From Zymomonas mobilis subsp. mobilis ATCC 10988 (GTDB lineage: Bacteria; Pseudomonadota; Alphaproteobacteria; Sphingomonadales; Sphingomonadaceae), in NCBI RefSeq assembly GCF_000175255.2, contig NC_017262.1, forward strand, positions 1,560,001 to 1,592,000: 32,000 bases of DNA. Direction: 5' to 3'. Numbering within the stretch: position 1 is the first letter of the stretch; every line of letters begins with the position of its first letter. Shown in pieces: positions 27,593 to 32,000 of this stretch. The position numbers were made by a program, and so were the translations under genes. A model generated the notes under the pieces. It searched no databases and was not told the DNA's origin. It saw nothing but the letters and a program-made list of their open reading frames with translations.

Positions 27593-27843
27593 TGCATCTC
27601 CGCTGGGCTATTATCGGGGGTTTATTGCCCGTAGCGTTTATTTTGGGCGGCTGTGGTCAGCGCGGAACGCTTTCCATGCCGCCCGGTCATTCGCCTCAGG
27701 TGAAACCGGAAACCTCCCGCGTCATGCCGGATAGGCAGGATTTGATGAATCCCCCCAGTCAGGCGCGTCCTGACCGAACCCAAGATATTCTCTTACATTC
27801 GACGGTCAGAACTGAAGATTATTTCGATCTTCCGCCTCGCTAG
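27592..27843 (+). CDS. small lipoprotein, LptM/YifL-like (LPAM_2)
   Basis: 83 aa with lipobox FILGGC followed by GQRGTLSMPP (the C-G-x-[KR]-G-x-L-x-x-P pattern of YifL/LptM) and a Pro-rich tail. The ATG overlaps the argH TGA by 1 nt. Conserved position upstream of lysA. Confidence 0.7.
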   Translation: MHLRWAIIGGLLPVAFILGGCGQRGTLSMPPGHSPQVKPETSRVMPDRQDLMNPPSQARPDRTQDILLHSTVRTEDYFDLPPR

Positions 27844-27856
27844 AAAAGTTATAGAT

Positions 27857-29122
27857 ATGATTCCTTTTTCGCTGAAAAACGGCACGCTTTGTGTCGAAGA
27901 TATTCCGCTTCCTGAAATTGCTGCGCAATATGGAACGCCTTGTTATGTCTATTCCCATAGCTATCTGACCGAACGCGCGCGGCGTTTTACCAAAGCTCTG
28001 GATGGGGCAGGAAAAGGAAAAGCCTTGGTGGCTTTCGCGGTTAAAGCCAATCCGTCGCAAGCTATATTGGCTAGTTTCGCGAAAGAAGGCTTGGGCGCAG
28101 ATGTTGTTTCTGCCGGAGAAATTCGCCGCGCCGTTCATGCCGGTATTCCGCCAGAACGTATTGTCTTTTCCGGTGTCGGGAAAACCGCAGAAGAAATGCG
28201 TTATGCCCTCGAAATCGGTATCGGACAGTTTAACATTGAATCTGTTTCCGAAATTGAAATGCTGGCCGAAGTGGCGGCCTCGTTAGGGAAAAAAGCCGCT
28301 GTTGCTTTGCGGATAAACCCCGATGTTGATCCACATACCCATGCAAAAATTGCGACAGGAAAAGCGGATACCAAATTCGGTATCGCGGCTGAAGATGCTC
28401 TGTCCGCTTATGAAAAACTGGCCAGCTATCCATCCTTGAAAATACAAGGGATTGCTAGCCATATCGGAAGCCAGATTACGGATCTTGCGCCTTTTGAAGC
28501 CGCCGCTGAACGTATCTATGAAATCATTACCGCTTTGGAAAAAGCGGGTCACGCGATTGAAACCGCCGATTTAGGGGGTGGTCTGGGGGTTCGCTATAAA
28601 GACGATCAGCCCGAACCGCCCAGTATTGAAGCCTATGGTGAAATGATTAAACGCGTCACCAAAGGCTGGAATTGCCGCCTGATCTTTGAACCGGGGCGGT
28701 CATTGATTGCGAATGCAGGCATATTGTTATCGAAAGTTATTCGGGTCAAAGAAAGCAAAACGGCTCGTTTTGTTATTTTAGACGCGGCTATGAATGATCT
28801 GGTTCGTCCGACGCTTTATGATGCCTATCATGAAATAAAAGCCGTTACGCCAAGCGCGCAGGCTTATCAGGCGGATATTGTGGGTCCTGTTTGTGAAACA
28901 GGGGATATCTTTGCTCGAAATCGCTCTATTCCAGCTGTAAAACCGGATGATCTGGTCGCTATTATGTCTGCCGGCGCTTATGGCGCAACGATGGCAAGTG
29001 CGTATAATTCCCGTCCTCTGGTTGCAGAAGTGATGGTCTCTGGCAATAAATCGGCGCTTATCAGAAAACGGCAATCAGTCGAAGATTTGATGCGTGATGA
29101 ACAAAAAGTAGAATGGCTATAG
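27857..29122 (+). CDS. lysA: diaminopimelate decarboxylase
   Basis: 421 aa, Orn/DAP/Arg decarboxylase family 2 (FAVKAN PLP-lysine region, GGGLGV, EPGRSLIANAG, CETGD). Confidence 0.95.
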   Translation: MIPFSLKNGTLCVEDIPLPEIAAQYGTPCYVYSHSYLTERARRFTKALDGAGKGKALVAFAVKANPSQAILASFAKEGLGADVVSAGEIRRAVHAGIPPERIVFSGVGKTAEEMRYALEIGIGQFNIESVSEIEMLAEVAASLGKKAAVALRINPDVDPHTHAKIATGKADTKFGIAAEDALSAYEKLASYPSLKIQGIASHIGSQITDLAPFEAAAERIYEIITALEKAGHAIETADLGGGLGVRYKDDQPEPPSIEAYGEMIKRVTKGWNCRLIFEPGRSLIANAGILLSKVIRVKESKTARFVILDAAMNDLVRPTLYDAYHEIKAVTPSAQAYQADIVGPVCETGDIFARNRSIPAVKPDDLVAIMSAGAYGATMASAYNSRPLVAEVMVSGNKSALIRKRQSVEDLMRDEQKVEWL

Positions 29123-29253
29123 GCCATCAGCTTATATTCATTTGCAACTTTTATGCTCAATCTTGCGTTATTCAAAGAGTCCCCTTGAAAAACAGAAAAC
29201 AGGGGATTATCTCTTTTGATTTACCTTTATTCTAACAGCAGAAAAGTTTTTTT

Positions 29254-30120
29254 ATGAAACCTGTCCGTAAAGCAATTTTCCCTGTTGCCGGCCAAGGCAC
29301 CCGCTTTTTGCCAGCAACCAAGGCCATGCCCAAGGAAATGCTGCCGGTCGTTGATCGCCCTTTGATTCAATATGCTGTCGATGAAGCACGGGCAGCCGGC
29401 ATTGAAGAACTGATCTTTGTTACCGGACGTGGCAAGCAGGCTATCGAAGATTATTTCGATATCGCCTACGAATTGGAAGTTTCTTTGGTTGCCAAGGGCA
29501 AAACCGAAATGCTGGATTTGCTGGAAGGTACGCGGGTGGCTCCGGGTCGTGCCTGTTTCATTCGACAACAGGAACCGTTGGGTTTAGGACATGCTGTCTG
29601 GTGCGCCCGTGATTTGATCGGCGATGAACCTTTTGCTGTTCTTTTGCCCGATGAATTACTTTGGAATCCTGAAAAACCCAGTCTGGTGCAATTGGTTGAG
29701 ACCTATAACCAGAAAGGGGGTAACGTCGTAACCGTGATGGAAGTCCCCGAAGAGCATACCCATCGTTATGGTATCGTTGACCCCGGTAAAACTGACGGCG
29801 AGGTTACCGAGGTGAAAGGTCTGGTTGAAAAACCGGAAAAAGCCCCTTCGCGGTTAGCCATGACGGGACGTTATATTCTCCAACCGGATATTATGCCTTT
29901 ATTGGCACAGGATAATCGCGGTGTCGGTGGTGAAATTCAGTTGACGGATTCGATGGCACAGCTGATCGGGAAGCAACCTTTTCACGCTTGTCGCTTTGGC
30001 GGTATTCGCCATGACTGCGGTGATAAGGCCGGATTTATTCAGGCAAATGTTGCGTTAGCCTTGGAAAGACCTGATATAGGCCCTGCGGTTAGAGACTATC
30101 TACATCGCCAAAATTTTTAA
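29254..30120 (+). CDS. galU: UTP--glucose-1-phosphate uridylyltransferase
   Basis: 288 aa with N-terminal KAIFPVAGQGTRFLPATKAMPKEMLPVVDRPLIQY and VEKP motifs. Confidence 0.94.
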   Translation: MKPVRKAIFPVAGQGTRFLPATKAMPKEMLPVVDRPLIQYAVDEARAAGIEELIFVTGRGKQAIEDYFDIAYELEVSLVAKGKTEMLDLLEGTRVAPGRACFIRQQEPLGLGHAVWCARDLIGDEPFAVLLPDELLWNPEKPSLVQLVETYNQKGGNVVTVMEVPEEHTHRYGIVDPGKTDGEVTEVKGLVEKPEKAPSRLAMTGRYILQPDIMPLLAQDNRGVGGEIQLTDSMAQLIGKQPFHACRFGGIRHDCGDKAGFIQANVALALERPDIGPAVRDYLHRQNF

Positions 30121-30155
30121 TCTAATGGATTAAGCCTTCTTTTCCTGACAGTAAG

Positions 30156-31178
30156 ATGGCCTCACAGAGGTTGGCAAAGAAGGCTGACCTTTGTCAGGGG
30201 CTTGTTGTGGAAATTAAGGCTTATCTCATTCGAAAAGATGGAAGCGTCGATGACATCAATGTCGAAAAGCTTTCATCTCTTCTCCCTTATGACAGCACTG
30301 ACAGTTTTATCTGGATACGCCTTCAAGACAAACCGGCGGCGGTTGCTGAATGGTTGAGGCACCATACCCAGATTATAGAACCAACGATTTCAGCTCTAAG
30401 TGCTGTTGAGACACGTCCTCGTTTTCAGATTATCGATTCTGGTGCCCTTATTAACCTTCGTGGTCTTGGTATTACGCCAAAAGATGACCCTGACGGGCTG
30501 ATATCCATCCGTCTTTGGGTCGAACATTCTGTGGTTATTTCCGTCTGTTTTGATGTCTTGGCGGCTAATAATTCCATTATTGATGCCATGAATAAGGGCG
30601 CGATCCATGACCCCGGCGATTTAATTGCCCTGATTGCTGAAAAAGTATCTGATACGCTTGATCCTGTCGTCGCCGCTTTGGGAGACCGGGTCGATAATTG
30701 TGAAGCCCGTCTTAGTTCGGATGATGCTTGGGAAATGCGCCGGATCATTGCTTCGGTGCGTTCACAGGCCATCAGCTATCGCCGCTTTGCGACACCGCAG
30801 CGTCAAGCCCTCGAAACAATGGCCAATTCTCATCTAGCTTGGTTAGCGGATGATGACCGTATTCATCTGCATGGGGCGGCTGATTGTTTTGCCCGTATGG
30901 CTGAAGAATTGGAAGCTATCCGAGAGCGCGCCGCTTTATTGCACGAACAACTAACCGATCTTCGGTCAGAACAAATAGATACACGCGGGTTATTACTTTC
31001 TATTGTTGCCCTCATCTTCTTACCCTTGACGTTTTTAACCGGATTATTGGGTATGAATGTTGCTGGTATCCCTTATGCCAATGCGCCTTGGGCATTTAAT
31101 GGGGTTATTGCAATTTGTGTCTTAATCGCGGTGGCTATCACGCTTTATTTTGTCCAAAAACAGTGGTTTCGTCGTTAA
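30156..31178 (+). CDS. CorA-family divalent metal ion transporter (ZntB-like)
   Basis: 340 aa with a soluble N-terminal domain, then two C-terminal TM helices carrying the GMN motif (LLGMNVAGIP). The exact start is uncertain. Confidence 0.8.
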   Translation: MASQRLAKKADLCQGLVVEIKAYLIRKDGSVDDINVEKLSSLLPYDSTDSFIWIRLQDKPAAVAEWLRHHTQIIEPTISALSAVETRPRFQIIDSGALINLRGLGITPKDDPDGLISIRLWVEHSVVISVCFDVLAANNSIIDAMNKGAIHDPGDLIALIAEKVSDTLDPVVAALGDRVDNCEARLSSDDAWEMRRIIASVRSQAISYRRFATPQRQALETMANSHLAWLADDDRIHLHGAADCFARMAEELEAIRERAALLHEQLTDLRSEQIDTRGLLLSIVALIFLPLTFLTGLLGMNVAGIPYANAPWAFNGVIAICVLIAVAITLYFVQKQWFRR

Positions 31179-31386
31179 AGCCACAGAATGCCACTATAAA
31201 TGTGCCGATTTTTTCTTTCTATTGGCTATTTTCTCAACAGGTGATTATTGCATTCATAAAGGAAAATCGAAAAGTCTTGGATGTAAATCCGATGAATAAG
31301 ACGTTGATTTTTCATTTTTTTTAAATGCTATATCTTGGTAATATTGGAAGCATTGTGCTGACATCAAATAGAGGGGGCTTTCGCAG

Positions 31387-32000
31387 GTGAAGCACAAGTA
31401 TTTATATCGATCTTTTCTGTTTCAAGCCTGTTTTTTGTCAGCCATGCCTTTGTTCGCCCAAAATGTGATGACGAATGAAGCCGTTTCCGCACCGCAAACC
31501 AATGCCACCGGCAATGGACAGACAGCGAATGCTCCTCGTCCACAATCGCGCCGCGAAAATCTTAATTTAACGGAAAAACAGACCGCCTTTCTCAATCATT
31601 TGCTTGATAAGGCTGGGGATGATGGTCTGATCGGCGAGAAAAAAGAGGCCACTGCCCATCATTTGACGGGTGAAAGCCTGATTTCTGCCAGTCTTGATTA
31701 TGCGCGTGCTATTCACAGCGGGCGACTCTCTGCCAGTGATTTCGACAAAAATTGGGGTATGAAACCGGATCCTTACGATCCGTGGCCTGATTTTAAAAAC
31801 GCAGTTAATAATAACACTTTAGGCGACTGGGCTGCCAATTTACCGCCGCCTTACTCCGGTTATGCCGGTTTAAAAAATGGCCTGATCTATTATCGTGCTA
31901 TCGCTGAAAAAGGCGGTTGGCCGGTTGTCCCGACGGGTGCTGATCTTACGGTTGGTAGCGATAATCCACGGGTAAAAACTCTGCGTCGGCGAATCGCTAT
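31387..32000 (+). CDS. L,D-transpeptidase, YcbB-like (5' part; runs off the window)
   Basis: Hand-translated from the GTG at 31387. Signal peptide KHKYLYRSFLFQACFLSAMPLFAQN, then ...YSGYAGLKNGLIYYRAIAEKGGWPVVPTGADLTVGSDNPRVKTLRRRIA, typical of the N-terminal scaffold/PG-binding region of YcbB/ErfK-type enzymes. Absent from the ORF track because no stop codon lies within the window. Confidence 0.65.
   Translation, partial: MKHKYLYRSFLFQACFLSAMPLFAQNVMTNEAVSAPQTNATGNGQTANAPRPQSRRENLNLTEKQTAFLNHLLDKAGDDGLIGEKKEATAHHLTGESLISASLDYARAIHSGRLSASDFDKNWGMKPDPYDPWPDFKNAVNNNTLGDWAANLPPPYSGYAGLKNGLIYYRAIAEKGGWPVVPTGADLTVGSDNPRVKTLRRRIA

Noticed and set aside
1-32000. CRISPR arrays, rRNA genes, prophage or known defence-system modules
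   Set aside because: I saw no regularly spaced direct repeats, no Cas-, nuclease/helicase- or phage-like ORFs, and no rRNA-like sequence. Apart from the 849-bp IS, which is a complete single element, only short isolated hairpins and dyads were seen.

Overview
This is a chromosomal window of mostly housekeeping genes from a moderately AT-rich alphaproteobacterium. Gene content and protein sequences remind me of Zymomonas mobilis / Sphingomonadales, but that attribution is from memory and no search was run.

Gene order:
- cmk and aroA (-, translationally coupled), then a TIGR02300-type zinc-ribbon/acidic protein and tRNA-Ala(GGC).
- A LysR regulator (-) carrying an in-frame TAA stop, divergent from ilvD (+).
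- A polytopic GT-C-like membrane protein (-) and an ABCB-type exporter (-).
- A secreted helical-repeat protein gene (+) split by an intact 849-bp IS5-family (IS427-group-like) element.
- An orphan pair: a small basic protein (+) and an acidic membrane protein (-).
- An MscS-family channel, then two tandem ABM-domain paralogues, the second with a signal peptide.
- A TerC/DUF475-like membrane protein, a TagF-like GT-B protein (-) and aminopeptidase N (-).
- A small membrane protein and tRNA-Ala(CGC).
- A redox trio: aldo/keto reductase, quinone oxidoreductase and a YqhD-like Fe-ADH.
- argH, an LptM-like lipoprotein and lysA, then galU, a CorA/ZntB-like transporter, and the 5' part of a YcbB-like L,D-transpeptidase.

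I found no CRISPR array, no rRNA, no recognisable defence, toxin-antitoxin or prophage module, and no convincing undescribed multi-gene system.

The items most worth a second look are:
- the recent IS insertion, including its frameshift site and a stop codon supplied at the element/target junction;
- the nonsense-interrupted LysR next to ilvD;
- the cytoplasmic/secreted ABM paralogue pair;
- the uncharacterised small-protein / acidic-membrane-protein locus with its long AT-rich leader;
- the AT-rich GT-C-like gene beside the ABC exporter.

All functional calls rest on motif and family recognition by eye. No homology search or structure prediction was possible.
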